Below the pieces are notes generated by a model. That model was not told the origin of the DNA. It searched no databases and saw only the letters and a list, made by a program, of their open reading frames with translations. A stretch of 64,000 nucleotides of DNA, taken from the IMG/VR virus record IMGVR_UViG_3300022198_000005, one strand, 5' to 3'. Origin of the DNA: an uncultured virus (IMG/VR IMGVR_UViG_3300022198_000005). Taxonomy: Duplodnaviria > Heunggongvirae > Uroviricota > Caudoviricetes. This document shows positions 18,183 through 27,523 of the stretch, piece by piece. Numbering within the stretch: the stretch's first letter is position 1; every line of letters starts with the position of its first letter. The position numbers were made by a program, and so were the translations under genes.

Positions 18183-18582
18183 TGTGCATCCTTTTCCTTA
18201 GTTCACTTGTCGAGAACCGATGGTCTCTCACATTAAAATATAGTTTGATCTCGCGACTCTTGCAGATGTCTCTACCAGTAAAGTCACGATCTTTATACTC
18301 CTCGCCGAGGATGCGTACGTTGATGGGGTATGCTTGGAGTATATCCTCAAGGTCAACTTCAGTCACATAAGGGATGATCTCATCCACATACTTGACCGCA
18401 GCAAGTTGAGTATACCTTTCAACGACGGACTGAATAGGTTTATTCTTCTCAGGCCTATCTATCGAAGGGTCAACTTGAAGTCCACATATGAGCCAATCAC
18501 ATTGCTGCTTAGCTTCGCGTAGCATCATGATATGACCTGCATGTAGCAGATCAAATGCAGATGCTGTAAATCCTACTACCAT
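18124..18582 (-). CDS. Cytidylyltransferase (glycerol-3-phosphate cytidylyltransferase-like)
   Basis: FDLLHAGH (HxGH) and RDHRFSTS motifs. Confidence 0.88.
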   Translation of the reverse strand: MVVGFTASAFDLLHAGHIMMLREAKQQCDWLICGLQVDPSIDRPEKNKPIQSVVERYTQLAAVKYVDEIIPYVTEVDLEDILQAYPINVRILGEEYKDRDFTGRDICKSREIKLYFNVRDHRFSTSELRKRMHNESLRILKLNQHYQEKSHN

Positions 18583-18746
18583 AAACCGATGTTTCTACCA
18601 TTGCCGATGATGATAAACGCACAAGTTGTTATATGAAGTAATACCCAGAAAGTGCGAATGACCGCCACTTTTGTATCATACGGCTTTGTCGTCTCGTCAT
18701 CGAAAGATCCTATGGCATATTGCCATGTTTTCCAAAAGCTTTTCAT
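18576..18746 (-). CDS. Small membrane protein (not in the ORF track)
   Basis: MKSFWKTWQYAIGSFDDETTKPYDTKVAVIRTFWVLLHITTCAFIIIGNGRNIGLW fills the gap and overlaps both neighbours. Confidence 0.7.
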   Translation of the reverse strand: MKSFWKTWQYAIGSFDDETTKPYDTKVAVIRTFWVLLHITTCAFIIIGNGRNIGLW

Positions 18747-19408
18747 AACGGTTGATAATAGTTGCTTGCTGCTAGTATCTTACAGATATGTTCTAAACGT
18801 TCGATGTGCTCAAATGCTCTCCACGGCGTTTCATCGATAGCGACTACACCGTGACCTTTGATGCCTATTATATCATACTTTACATTACCTGTGTTATCGA
18901 GGCCTAAATTTTTATGACATACATCACCAAGTTCTTCTGAGATTGGAGGTACATCTGGAGTTGATGGTGCAACCTTTGTATATCTTCCAAGCTCAGGAAA
19001 ACTTTCTACGAGTGTCGAGAGGTCGACGCCTCGATGCATCGCAGCTATCGAATACGTCGGATGTAGGTGTACAACGACTCGAGTTTCGATCTCATCTGGC
19101 AATATCTTTTGTAGGCCAAAGTGAAGAGGGAGTTCTCCACTTGGTCTGAGATTTGCACCAAGGCTGGTATTCTTTTCATCTTGTACTACTTTCGGTGTAT
19201 GGATTAAACGAGGAGGTTGATCGTAGAGTGTCTTCTCGATCTCGATCTTCTTCCACATCGACGGCAATAAATCTGGCTTACGAATGCCAGAAGGAGTGAT
19301 CCAAAAATGATCACGATCGTGCCAACGAATAGAGATGTTACCGTCTCTAGCCGTAATCCAGTTGCGCTTATAAGCCTCGCGCATGAGATCTGAACATGTC
19401 TCTAACAT
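18743..19408 (-). CDS. Class II aldolase/adducin family protein
   Basis: DGNIS, ITPSG, PSGELPLH, HLHP and GHG motifs. Confidence 0.88.
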   Translation of the reverse strand: MLETCSDLMREAYKRNWITARDGNISIRWHDRDHFWITPSGIRKPDLLPSMWKKIEIEKTLYDQPPRLIHTPKVVQDEKNTSLGANLRPSGELPLHFGLQKILPDEIETRVVVHLHPTYSIAAMHRGVDLSTLVESFPELGRYTKVAPSTPDVPPISEELGDVCHKNLGLDNTGNVKYDIIGIKGHGVVAIDETPWRAFEHIERLEHICKILAASNYYQPL

Positions 19409-19719
19409 TATACTGAAAAACTACTTCCACATCCACATGTATGTTTAGCATTAGGATTTTCGATTATAAAACTGCTACCCATCATCTCTTTCTTCCAATC
19501 AACGGTAGCTCCTTCGAGGTACTGCATAGATGCAGCATCTACAAGTAAACCTTCTACTTCCCAATCGTCATCGTTCTTTATTTCGTCAAACGTAAAACCA
19601 TAATTAAATCCTGAACAACCTCCGCCTTGAATGAATAACCTCACTCTTATGTCGGGGTTTCCTTCTTCCGCAATTAGTTCTTTGATCTTATCGCTAGCAG
19701 TCGCACTTAAGTTCAGCAT
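19408..19719 (-). CDS. erpA: Fe-S cluster carrier ErpA/IscA
   Basis: GGGCSGF and [21 protein letters not shown] before MLNLS. Confidence 0.92.
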   Translation of the reverse strand: MLNLSATASDKIKELIAEEGNPDIRVRLFIQGGGCSGFNYGFTFDEIKNDDDWEVEGLLVDAASMQYLEGATVDWKKEMMGSSFIIENPNAKHTCGCGSSFSV

Positions 19720-20089
19720 TTTTACCTCTATAATCGGCAATTGCCGCTTTGATTGCATCTTCTGCAAGTATTGAACAATGGATTTTAACAGGGGGTAAAG
19801 CTAATTCACTAGCAATTTCGCTATTAGTAATTTCTGATGCTTGATCTAATGTTCTTCCCTTTACCCATTCAGTTACGAGTGAGCTTGAGGCGATTGCACT
19901 ACCACAGCCATAAGTTTTAAACTTGGCATCAGTGATAACACCATCTGCTACTTGTATCTGAAGCTTCATCACATCACCACACGCAGGTGCACCGACCATA
20001 CCTGTTCCTACAGATAAGTCTTCTTTATCTAAACTACCTACGTTACGAGGATTCTCGTAGTGATCTAATACTTTATCTGAATAAGCCAT
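19694..20089 (-). CDS. iscU: Fe-S cluster scaffold IscU
   Basis: [30 protein letters not shown] and LPPVKIHCS. Confidence 0.97.
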   Translation of the reverse strand: MAYSDKVLDHYENPRNVGSLDKEDLSVGTGMVGAPACGDVMKLQIQVADGVITDAKFKTYGCGSAIASSSLVTEWVKGRTLDQASEITNSEIASELALPPVKIHCSILAEDAIKAAIADYRGKNAELKCDC

Positions 20090-20094
20090 GCACT

Positions 20095-20102
20095 TATTTA
20101 TA
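20095..20102 (-). promoter_or_regulatory. T4 late promoter for iscU-erpA (probably leaderless)
   Basis: TATAAATA 5 nt before the iscU ATG. Confidence 0.75.
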
Positions 20103-20706
20103 GTTCTGAAGTCATCAACAAGTGCATTCGAGTCACTGAGCCAAGGTGTGCCACAGTATGTTCGACATCTACTGGGTTTAAGTACCATGCCCGCCCGTCC
20201 GCCGGCATGTGGACAGGTTCTAAACCCTTTGGCGTCTTGAAGAAGAACCAAAAGTCTTTATCTGTCTTGATCGGCACATGGTATCTATGCTTAGTGTGAG
20301 AGTCAGTATGAAAGGAATAGGTCTGACCAGGCCTAGACATGATTAGCTGGCATCTTCCTTGAAATGGAGTACCGTACTTATCAATGTGATACAGCTTGAT
20401 CTCATTCATCACTTCTTTTAGATACGTGTTATGAAGCTCTGAAAGGGGTTCAGTGAAGTCACCTTCTTTTACTCCGGCGGACTCCACATAATAGTGATTA
20501 CCATTAAACTTCATGAACCTCTCATCTCCAAATAAACCCGGTAGATGAGTTAGGTTGATAGTATGAGCTCGATATACTGAGTTTAGTGCTTGATCGAGTT
20601 GGTACTTAGTGAAGCCAAGTTTTTCTATCAGCTTATCACAGTCTTTCTTCAGTTGTTCTCTATCAAACTTTAAACCTTCTACTGGATAACAATACTGATC
20701 GATCAT
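20098..20706 (-). CDS. Aspartyl/asparaginyl beta-hydroxylase-like 2OG-Fe(II) oxygenase
   Basis: HTD...RYHVPI.T...EH...R pattern. Confidence 0.7.
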   Translation of the reverse strand: MIDQYCYPVEGLKFDREQLKKDCDKLIEKLGFTKYQLDQALNSVYRAHTINLTHLPGLFGDERFMKFNGNHYYVESAGVKEGDFTEPLSELHNTYLKEVMNEIKLYHIDKYGTPFQGRCQLIMSRPGQTYSFHTDSHTKHRYHVPIKTDKDFWFFFKTPKGLEPVHMPADGRAWYLNPVDVEHTVAHLGSVTRMHLLMTSEL

Positions 20707-21209
20707 CTAAATAGCTCCGGAGATAGTTCATTCCACTTTACGGGTATATTCACCTGTAAGAAGTATCTATCTTTGTCTACATATGGAACACCATGCTTGA
20801 TCTTGGCATTGATGATCGTCGGTCCAATATACGTATGTCGGTATAAAGGTTTACGATTTTCATCGATCCATTCAATGCCTGAATTATCATCAGTTAAAGG
20901 AAGCATGAATACACACTCCCTTTCAGGATCAATATGATAAGGAAGATGTCCACCTTTCAGAGTCTTGACTAGCTTATAAGAACCCGGCGGAAGTTCTACG
21001 TTGATTGCGTTAGAAACTTGTTTAATGATTGGGCAATCATCAGACGGGTAGTAGTCCCACCATTTTGCTTGTGTGAGGTCTACGTTTGCCGCTGTGTACC
21101 ATATATTAGGTTTCCACTCCGTATGATTGAGTGCGTATTCGAATATCTCTTGTTTTGGGTATTGAAAGTCTAAGACCTCATAAACGAATTCATTCGCTAG
21201 CGTTTTCAT
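20703..21209 (-). CDS. Putative 2OG-Fe(II) oxygenase / cupin
   Basis: HID...HGV...R pattern. Confidence 0.6.
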   Translation of the reverse strand: MKTLANEFVYEVLDFQYPKQEIFEYALNHTEWKPNIWYTAANVDLTQAKWWDYYPSDDCPIIKQVSNAINVELPPGSYKLVKTLKGGHLPYHIDPERECVFMLPLTDDNSGIEWIDENRKPLYRHTYIGPTIINAKIKHGVPYVDKDRYFLQVNIPVKWNELSPELFR

Positions 21210-21861
21210 ATTCTGGCTTATAAAAGTGCTTACGTATCAAGTCATAGGTGACAGGGATGATGCACCGGAAATGTAATGTAAGTCTCCAATCAAACTCGTT
21301 CTCGTTCCATCGATAATGCCAGAAAGGTTCGTTTGGAACCATGAATGGCACACCCTTTGGGACGAGAGTATATTCTTTACCTGTACGAGTATCAAGAGCC
21401 TGCAAAGGATCTTGCTTAAATCCACCTTGCAGAGGAAAGATAATGTCTGCAGTGCGCGTGATGCCAAACCTTTCATCGAGTTGTTTATTTTGTAACAAAT
21501 GATGGAAGCCAGGATCATGGCCTCTCTTACTCTTCTTTACGATCATGTTTCGAAAGATTCGAATCTTATCTGAAGGAGCTTGAGTGTTTGGAGTAATAGA
21601 AAAGGTGTCAGCTATCTTTGCGACAGCGGGACACTCGGAAATAAAGTCAGTGTGTTGACTAGATGCGACCCAAATAAGACCGGTAGCTGGGTGATCGCCT
21701 TCATATGTGTCTATGCCTGGTTCATCCGTAAAGTTAGTGATCTTAGGTGACCTCCAACCAGATTCAGGTAGATTCAGGAAATAGTCGAGTACAGCTTGAC
21801 GATCCCAGTCAAAGTCGTAAAAGTAAAAGAATGGATATTCAGTAACAGGTCTTAAGTTCAT
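21190..21861 (-). CDS. Divergent cupin/oxygenase-like protein
   Basis: FHH...IIFPL...WH...R; similar architecture to its neighbours. Confidence 0.4.
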   Translation of the reverse strand: MNLRPVTEYPFFYFYDFDWDRQAVLDYFLNLPESGWRSPKITNFTDEPGIDTYEGDHPATGLIWVASSQHTDFISECPAVAKIADTFSITPNTQAPSDKIRIFRNMIVKKSKRGHDPGFHHLLQNKQLDERFGITRTADIIFPLQGGFKQDPLQALDTRTGKEYTLVPKGVPFMVPNEPFWHYRWNENEFDWRLTLHFRCIIPVTYDLIRKHFYKPEYENASE

Positions 21862-21901
21862 AAGAAATTGGAGGACTTATTGGCATTGCCTCCTCCTACC
21901 T

Positions 21902-22162
21902 TCACACGGCTTTCTTTTTTCGTTTAGTTCCGCTATCAGCCTTACGACGCTCAGCTGCGATCTGCTTAGGAGTCTTCTTTGCAGGCTCTTCAGCTTTCAC
22001 TGCAGGTTCTGGCGCCGCCTGAACGGCAGGTTCTTCTTTCACTGGCTCTAAGTCGAGTTTTGGAGGCACTCGAGTAGGACCATCTAAAGGATGCGATTGA
22101 ACAGGATCTTCTTTCACTCCAGTCAACGCATTCCAAATGCTCTTGATAAATTTAATGACCAT
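21902..22162 (-). CDS. Hypothetical Pro/Ala/Lys-rich protein
   Basis: ORF with AGGAG RBS. Confidence 0.65.
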   Translation of the reverse strand: MVIKFIKSIWNALTGVKEDPVQSHPLDGPTRVPPKLDLEPVKEEPAVQAAPEPAVKAEEPAKKTPKQIAAERRKADSGTKRKKKAV

Positions 22163-22166
22163 GTCA

Positions 22167-22580
22167 TTACTCCTTTATGGGTTCAAATACTGTCAACTCT
22201 GATGCATCTTCACCAAAGGACATGTTATCAAAATTGCATTTTAACATGCCTTGTCTGTGAAGAGAACACCCGGCAATCATCATCTTAAACATCGAGCAGT
22301 ATTCAAGGATACGACTCTCGTTACTGACTAATGTGCCTTCTGCTTGTGCCAACAACAAAGTGATCAGCACAATCTCTTCAGCCTTATCTCCTTCACCTTC
22401 ATGTTCGGCAAGATCAAGTAGGTGATCTAAGTCTTCGGCTGATAAACTCTTGAAGAAACTACCTAAAGTAAGGTATGGATTCTTCATTAAGTTTGCGGCC
22501 AACAACCGCGTAAAGCTACTAAACCGCTTGGCAGCGACAACCTCTGGAAGGTTGATAAGCATCTCTTTCGTCATATGCAT
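22167..22580 (-). CDS. Hypothetical protein
   Basis: 137-aa ORF in the operon. Confidence 0.65.
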   Translation of the reverse strand: MHMTKEMLINLPEVVAAKRFSSFTRLLAANLMKNPYLTLGSFFKSLSAEDLDHLLDLAEHEGEGDKAEEIVLITLLLAQAEGTLVSNESRILEYCSMFKMMIAGCSLHRQGMLKCNFDNMSFGEDASELTVFEPIKE

Positions 22581-22600
22581 GGCCTTTCTAATATCTATAT

Positions 22601-23539
22601 TTATTGAAACTCAATATTGGCCATGACCTCAGTCATACATGCTACGACGTTGAGTTCATGATCTGCCGCAAAGGCGTTCTTATACTGATAATCCGCTAAG
22701 ATAAGGATAAGCTGTGGTAATGATTCGGGCTTTACTTTTGCAAGTGCTCGATCGTAGATGGCTCGAAAGATAGCGACTGCGTCGGTGTCGATGTTATTGG
22801 CAACCCATGATCGCATCTTCTTGAAGTCTTTATCCTTCAACATCTTAAACAAGTCATCATAGTTGTCATTCGTCAGGTTTTTCGTGACACCTGAATCAAT
22901 GAACCCAGTCATCGAATAACGCTGACATTCATTGATGACTCTACGCCAATCAGGAGCAAACTTCATTATCAAGTCTGCGACTGCCATCTCTTCGTATGAC
23001 ACACCTTCATCTTCGAGGATGGTCTTCATACGTTTCATGAACTGCGCAGCAAGTGCAGCCATGTCTTTCTTACTCGTGTTGAACTCATACACACCGCATC
23101 GAGAGTGTAATGGCTCAATGATACGATTCTTAAAGTTACACGTGAGGATGAAGCGACAGTTATTACTAAACTCTTCAATAAAGCCACGAAGAGCTGGTTG
23201 AGTCGACTGAGGGTTTAGATAGTCTGCCTCATCAAGGATGACTACCTTATAACCTCCTGACAGTGATACTGTCGAGGCAAACTGCTTGATCTTTCCTCGC
23301 AGAGTATCAATGTTTCCTTCTTCTGATCCGTTGATAACGATATAGTCGACATCAAGTTCATTACAAAGAGCACGGGCAATAGTAGTTTTACCAAGACCAG
23401 CAGTGCCACTAAACAGCATATTAGGTATAGTGCCTTCATCGACTACCTTTTGAAAAGTATCCTTCAATTGTTGTGGAAGGATCGTATCTGCAACCTTACG
23501 AGGTCGATACTTCTCTACCCATAAAAAATCATTCGCCAT
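22601..23539 (-). CDS. gp44: Clamp loader large subunit (AAA+)
   Basis: WVEKYRP, GLGKTT, DEAD and SRC motifs. Confidence 0.97.
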   Translation of the reverse strand: MANDFLWVEKYRPRKVADTILPQQLKDTFQKVVDEGTIPNMLFSGTAGLGKTTIARALCNELDVDYIVINGSEEGNIDTLRGKIKQFASTVSLSGGYKVVILDEADYLNPQSTQPALRGFIEEFSNNCRFILTCNFKNRIIEPLHSRCGVYEFNTSKKDMAALAAQFMKRMKTILEDEGVSYEEMAVADLIMKFAPDWRRVINECQRYSMTGFIDSGVTKNLTNDNYDDLFKMLKDKDFKKMRSWVANNIDTDAVAIFRAIYDRALAKVKPESLPQLILILADYQYKNAFAADHELNVVACMTEVMANIEFQ

Positions 23540-23801
23540 CGAATAAGTCGCTCCATGTTCTCAGTTTATCGTGTTTCACTTTAATTCGTTCTTCTAACTC
23601 TTCCATCGAGACGTAACCATGTTGCACGATCAACATGATCATCCCGAGGACGTCGCCGACTTCTTCAACAAACTTAGTTCGTTGTCGTTCATCTACATCA
23701 GATGCACGTTCAGCATGGCGCATCATCTTACTGCAACGTTGTACTAACTCACCGCATTCTTCTGCGGTGATGAGCATCAGTTGCTGATGGCGATTCATCA
23801 A
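23529..23801 (-). CDS. MazG-like NTP pyrophosphohydrolase
   Basis: EECGEL...EEVGDV. Confidence 0.75.
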   Translation of the reverse strand: MMNRHQQLMLITAEECGELVQRCSKMMRHAERASDVDERQRTKFVEEVGDVLGMIMLIVQHGYVSMEELEERIKVKHDKLRTWSDLFDGE

Positions 23802-24022
23802 CTATTCATAGCCTTTTCTTGTTGCAACTGTTCAACCAATTGAATCACTTGCACACACTGATCGCGAAGCTGACCGATCGTAGAAAGCTCTTCGCCTTTA
23901 AAGCCACCGCGTTGAGCTACAGCATCAATCACCGCTACGGTGCTACGAGATACTCGATTAGAAAGCTCATTGAATTGGTCTTGAGTAGACTTTTGAGCAG
24001 GTTGTTGTTTGGTTTCAGCCAT
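23798..24022 (-). CDS. Small phage hypothetical protein
   Basis: IDAVAQRGGFKGEEL; GGAG RBS before MAETK. Confidence 0.7.
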   Translation of the reverse strand: MAETKQQPAQKSTQDQFNELSNRVSRSTVAVIDAVAQRGGFKGEELSTIGQLRDQCVQVIQLVEQLQQEKAMNS

Positions 24023-24023
24023 A

Positions 24024-24698
24024 TTATTCTCCAAATGTTGAGGTTTTTTCACAAGCAATCCAGTAGGTTACGTCGATCTCTTTATGCTTGAACTGAGAGA
24101 TGAGTTTCGAAGACATCCCGATTAGGTAATCACCAGCGAGGATCTTCAAATTAGCGATGTTCATGATGAACTTGAAAGGCACCGAAGGAGTCTTACCAGT
24201 GACATCGATCGTAAATGCATTTGAGGAAGAGTTCTGTCCATCTACGACAGTAAGGTTGACAACTCCATCTTTACCAGTGATAGTCACTTCGTTGTGACCT
24301 AACACAGATGCAGCCTTCTTCAACTTATTTAAGACATCATTCGTGAGTTCAAATGCAAGGTCTGGCTCGGGCATCTTGATGTCTTTTGATGGTGTAGTCA
24401 AAGTTTCTTCGGGTGAGAAGAAGTACTTGACCTTTGAGATACCTGATGCATCTTGCACCACAACGTGTGTATCATCAAACGCTAGGTTAGGCTTATCAAC
24501 CAAGCCTAATACGTTGATGAACTCGTTAAGGTCGTACACGCCGAATTCTTTTGGAAAGCTTGAATCTACGTTAGCTGATGCTAAGATATTACGAGCTTCT
24601 GACATGGTCTTAAGGTTGTTACCTTCACGGACCATCAAGTTCTGGTTGATACCAGAAAAGTTTTTTAAGATTGAGAGAGTGTTGTTACTGAGTTCCAT
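24024..24698 (-). CDS. gp45: Sliding clamp
   Basis: LKNFSGIN, FGVYDLNEF and YWIA; position next to gp46. Confidence 0.95.
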   Translation of the reverse strand: MELSNNTLSILKNFSGINQNLMVREGNNLKTMSEARNILASANVDSSFPKEFGVYDLNEFINVLGLVDKPNLAFDDTHVVVQDASGISKVKYFFSPEETLTTPSKDIKMPEPDLAFELTNDVLNKLKKAASVLGHNEVTITGKDGVVNLTVVDGQNSSSNAFTIDVTGKTPSVPFKFIMNIANLKILAGDYLIGMSSKLISQFKHKEIDVTYWIACEKTSTFGE

Positions 24699-24727
24699 AA
24701 TGTAGCCTTTGTGAATGGATATGCTGT

Positions 24728-24756
24728 ATTATACCACAGCTTCAAGTTCTTGTAAA
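24728..24756 (-). promoter_or_regulatory. T4-type early promoter for gp45
   Basis: TTTACA-N17-TATAAT; the TAA is the gp46 stop codon. Confidence 0.8.
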
Positions 24757-26465
24757 CCCCTTGCCTTACTAAAGTTCTTATCTTTGTAAAATTCTATCTT
24801 ATTTTCAAACTTACCTTCTAGAATCTCTCCCTTGTGAGAGATGACAAACACATTCGTGTCTTCAGGTAAAGTATATAAAATCTTAAGAAGATTCTCCACA
24901 CCGTCAGCATCAAGACTCGAATCAAATGTTTCATCTAAGATTAGAAGGTTAGTTGCGATAGAGTTCTTCATCTTAGCAACTTGGCGCCAAGTGAAGAGGA
25001 GCGATAGGTCAATACGTTGCTTTTCACCTTCAGAGAAGGAGTCATACGTAAAGTCATCGCGATGGCGAGAACGAATCGTTTCTTGGAACGACTCATCCAA
25101 GTCAAAGTGAACGAAGAAGTCTAAAACCTGTAGGTATCTATTTACAAGTGAATTGATAACTCCGAGGTATTGTTTGATGATCTTCGTCTTGATACCTGTG
25201 TCTTTGAGCATCTCAGAGATCACATTATTATAAGACTGTTGTTCGCCAAGCTCGAGCTTATGTTCTTGCATATCTCTTCGCTTGGTCTCGTACTCAGTCA
25301 TCTGTTCTTTTGCGGCCTTTAAGTCTGCTATGTCAGACCCATTGATTTCCACCTCGAGATTTCGAATCTCTGTCTGTAGCCTACTAATTTCTTTATTGTT
25401 AGCAAGTATATCGCGCTGCCACTCTTGTACTTCGGAAAGTGAATCAGACGCCCGTTGAATAGCCTCTGTAATATTTTTCGACTCTGCAGCGGCGCGGTCC
25501 ATTGCGACTTTAAGTTCTTTGGCCTTTGACTTTGCAGTCTCAAGTTTTTTGGCTCTGAGCTCTGCACCAATATCTTGGGAACATGTCGGGCACGTGTCAT
25601 TGTCTTCATAGAACTTTGCATCCTTTGCGACTGTTGCCATCTGCTGTTTGAACTGCGCTTGATACTGGACAAGTTGGGTTTGTTTTCCGTTAAGGGTGTT
25701 AAGATCATCTTGCGCGGTTGGGAGTTTTGTTTCCACCTCAGTTGTGAGTAAAGCATTACTTTCATTGAGTACCTCAATCGATGATCGGTTTTCCTCAATC
25801 CTCTTATGTTTTGAATCAAGCGCCGTCTTCGTGAGGACTTGTACGTCTTTAATATATTTGTCCTGTGTCTCAATGCGCGTATTGATAATGTCGATCTCAT
25901 ATGACACCTGTCGAATGGTTTCTTTTAACGAGTTTGACTGTTCTTTTAACAGCGTATTCATCTTCGAGAAGATGCTGATGTCAAGCAAGTCTTCAATTAC
26001 TTCTCGGCGATGATGAGAAGGTAGCTGCATGAAAGGGATAAAAGAAGAAGATCCAAGAACGACAACCTGGTGGAAGGACTTGTGATTTAGCTTGAGGATG
26101 TTCTGCTCAAGGATCTTCTGATACTCTTTGGCGTGAGATGATTGACTGATGAGTGTATCATTCTTATAGATCTCAAAGATATTAGGGCTGATGCCTCGCA
26201 CTACCCTAAATTGATTCTTACCAATAGAAAACGTCACCTCAACAACACAGTTCTTACCATTTACAGAGTTAACAAGCTGTGGTTTATTGATGTTACGATG
26301 AGGCTTGCCAAATAATGCGAATGAGATGGCATCAAGCATCGTCGACTTACCTGCACCGTTTTGTCCTACAATGAGTGTAGTTCTGTTCTGTGTAAGGTTA
26401 AGAGATGTAAAGTGATTTCCTGTAGAGAGGAAATTCTTCCATCGGAGAGTTTTAAATACAATCAT
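24729..26465 (-). CDS. gp46: Recombination exonuclease ATPase subunit (Rad50-like)
   Basis: GQNGAGKST, CPTC zinc hook, FSEGE and ILDE. Confidence 0.97.
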   Translation of the reverse strand: MIVFKTLRWKNFLSTGNHFTSLNLTQNRTTLIVGQNGAGKSTMLDAISFALFGKPHRNINKPQLVNSVNGKNCVVEVTFSIGKNQFRVVRGISPNIFEIYKNDTLISQSSHAKEYQKILEQNILKLNHKSFHQVVVLGSSSFIPFMQLPSHHRREVIEDLLDISIFSKMNTLLKEQSNSLKETIRQVSYEIDIINTRIETQDKYIKDVQVLTKTALDSKHKRIEENRSSIEVLNESNALLTTEVETKLPTAQDDLNTLNGKQTQLVQYQAQFKQQMATVAKDAKFYEDNDTCPTCSQDIGAELRAKKLETAKSKAKELKVAMDRAAAESKNITEAIQRASDSLSEVQEWQRDILANNKEISRLQTEIRNLEVEINGSDIADLKAAKEQMTEYETKRRDMQEHKLELGEQQSYNNVISEMLKDTGIKTKIIKQYLGVINSLVNRYLQVLDFFVHFDLDESFQETIRSRHRDDFTYDSFSEGEKQRIDLSLLFTWRQVAKMKNSIATNLLILDETFDSSLDADGVENLLKILYTLPEDTNVFVISHKGEILEGKFENKIEFYKDKNFSKARGLQELEAVV

Positions 26466-27523
26466 ACAGTCTCAAGTGTTTGAGCTTCTGTCATCAGCTC
26501 TCGAAGTTGCATCTTGATTCTATCTTTATCTAGTTCAGTATCTACTGCATCGACATAACTGCTTAGCAAGACTTCTGTATCTTCGAACGAGATGTCATCA
26601 TCATTTACGTTTTCGCCTTCAAACTCTCGAAAGTCTTCTGCGATCTTTAGCTCATGGATATTCATACTTTGTACTCGGTCAACGAACCGATCAAAGATGA
26701 AACCATCAGACTTATGAGCCACAATTACCTTCACGAACTTATTGTCAAGGTGACTCACATCTATACTATTATACTCTGTTTTTCGATCGTCGTACACTAT
26801 TTTTTCAAATAAGGTGTACGGGTTATGGATCGCAGTTAGAACTCTTGTTTCTGTATCTAAGACATGGAAGTACTTAGGGTCACCAGAATCGGACCAAAAG
26901 AACTCCATTTGAGAACCTAAGTAATAGATGTTATCTTTTTGCGACTTAGTATGGTAATGACCAGAAAGCACCATCTCGAATCGAGAGAAAAGTTTATGGT
27001 CCATACCATCAGTCGACTTCACTCCTCGCATCAGGTCAAAACCGTTCAACTCAAGGTGTGCTGCCAATACATCTGCATCGCAGTTACGAATGAAGTCCAT
27101 CGACTCTTCATAGTTATCAGGTGCGATCCATGGAAGGAGAGCCATCTTAAACCCATCATACGTCATGACTGTGGGTTCCATAACGATATGGATCTCATTC
27201 ATAAAGTGACCTAGCAACTCTTTCAGCGAGTTAAGGTCGTTCGTATTCTTAAAGTACGTATCATGATTACCAGGAATGATGTCCATGGTAATACCGTTCT
27301 CGCGCATAGGCTCTAAGAAACACTTACGATTATGGTTCAGCGCTTTAAAGTTGACAAACTTACGATGGTCATAGTAGTCGCCAAGGTGAACGATCTGCTT
27401 GATGTTATTCTCTACAAGATATGGAAAGAAGACCTTTGAATAAAAGTCTTCATGGTTCTTTAAGAAAATATCTGATGAGTTACGTATACCGCAATGTGTG
27501 TCGTTGAGGAAGGCAATTTTCAT
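26462..27523 (-). CDS. gp47: Recombination exonuclease subunit (Mre11-like)
   Basis: DTH, GD, GNHD and GHYH phosphoesterase motifs. Confidence 0.97.
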   Translation of the reverse strand: MKIAFLNDTHCGIRNSSDIFLKNHEDFYSKVFFPYLVENNIKQIVHLGDYYDHRKFVNFKALNHNRKCFLEPMRENGITMDIIPGNHDTYFKNTNDLNSLKELLGHFMNEIHIVMEPTVMTYDGFKMALLPWIAPDNYEESMDFIRNCDADVLAAHLELNGFDLMRGVKSTDGMDHKLFSRFEMVLSGHYHTKSQKDNIYYLGSQMEFFWSDSGDPKYFHVLDTETRVLTAIHNPYTLFEKIVYDDRKTEYNSIDVSHLDNKFVKVIVAHKSDGFIFDRFVDRVQSMNIHELKIAEDFREFEGENVNDDDISFEDTEVLLSSYVDAVDTELDKDRIKMQLRELMTEAQTLETV

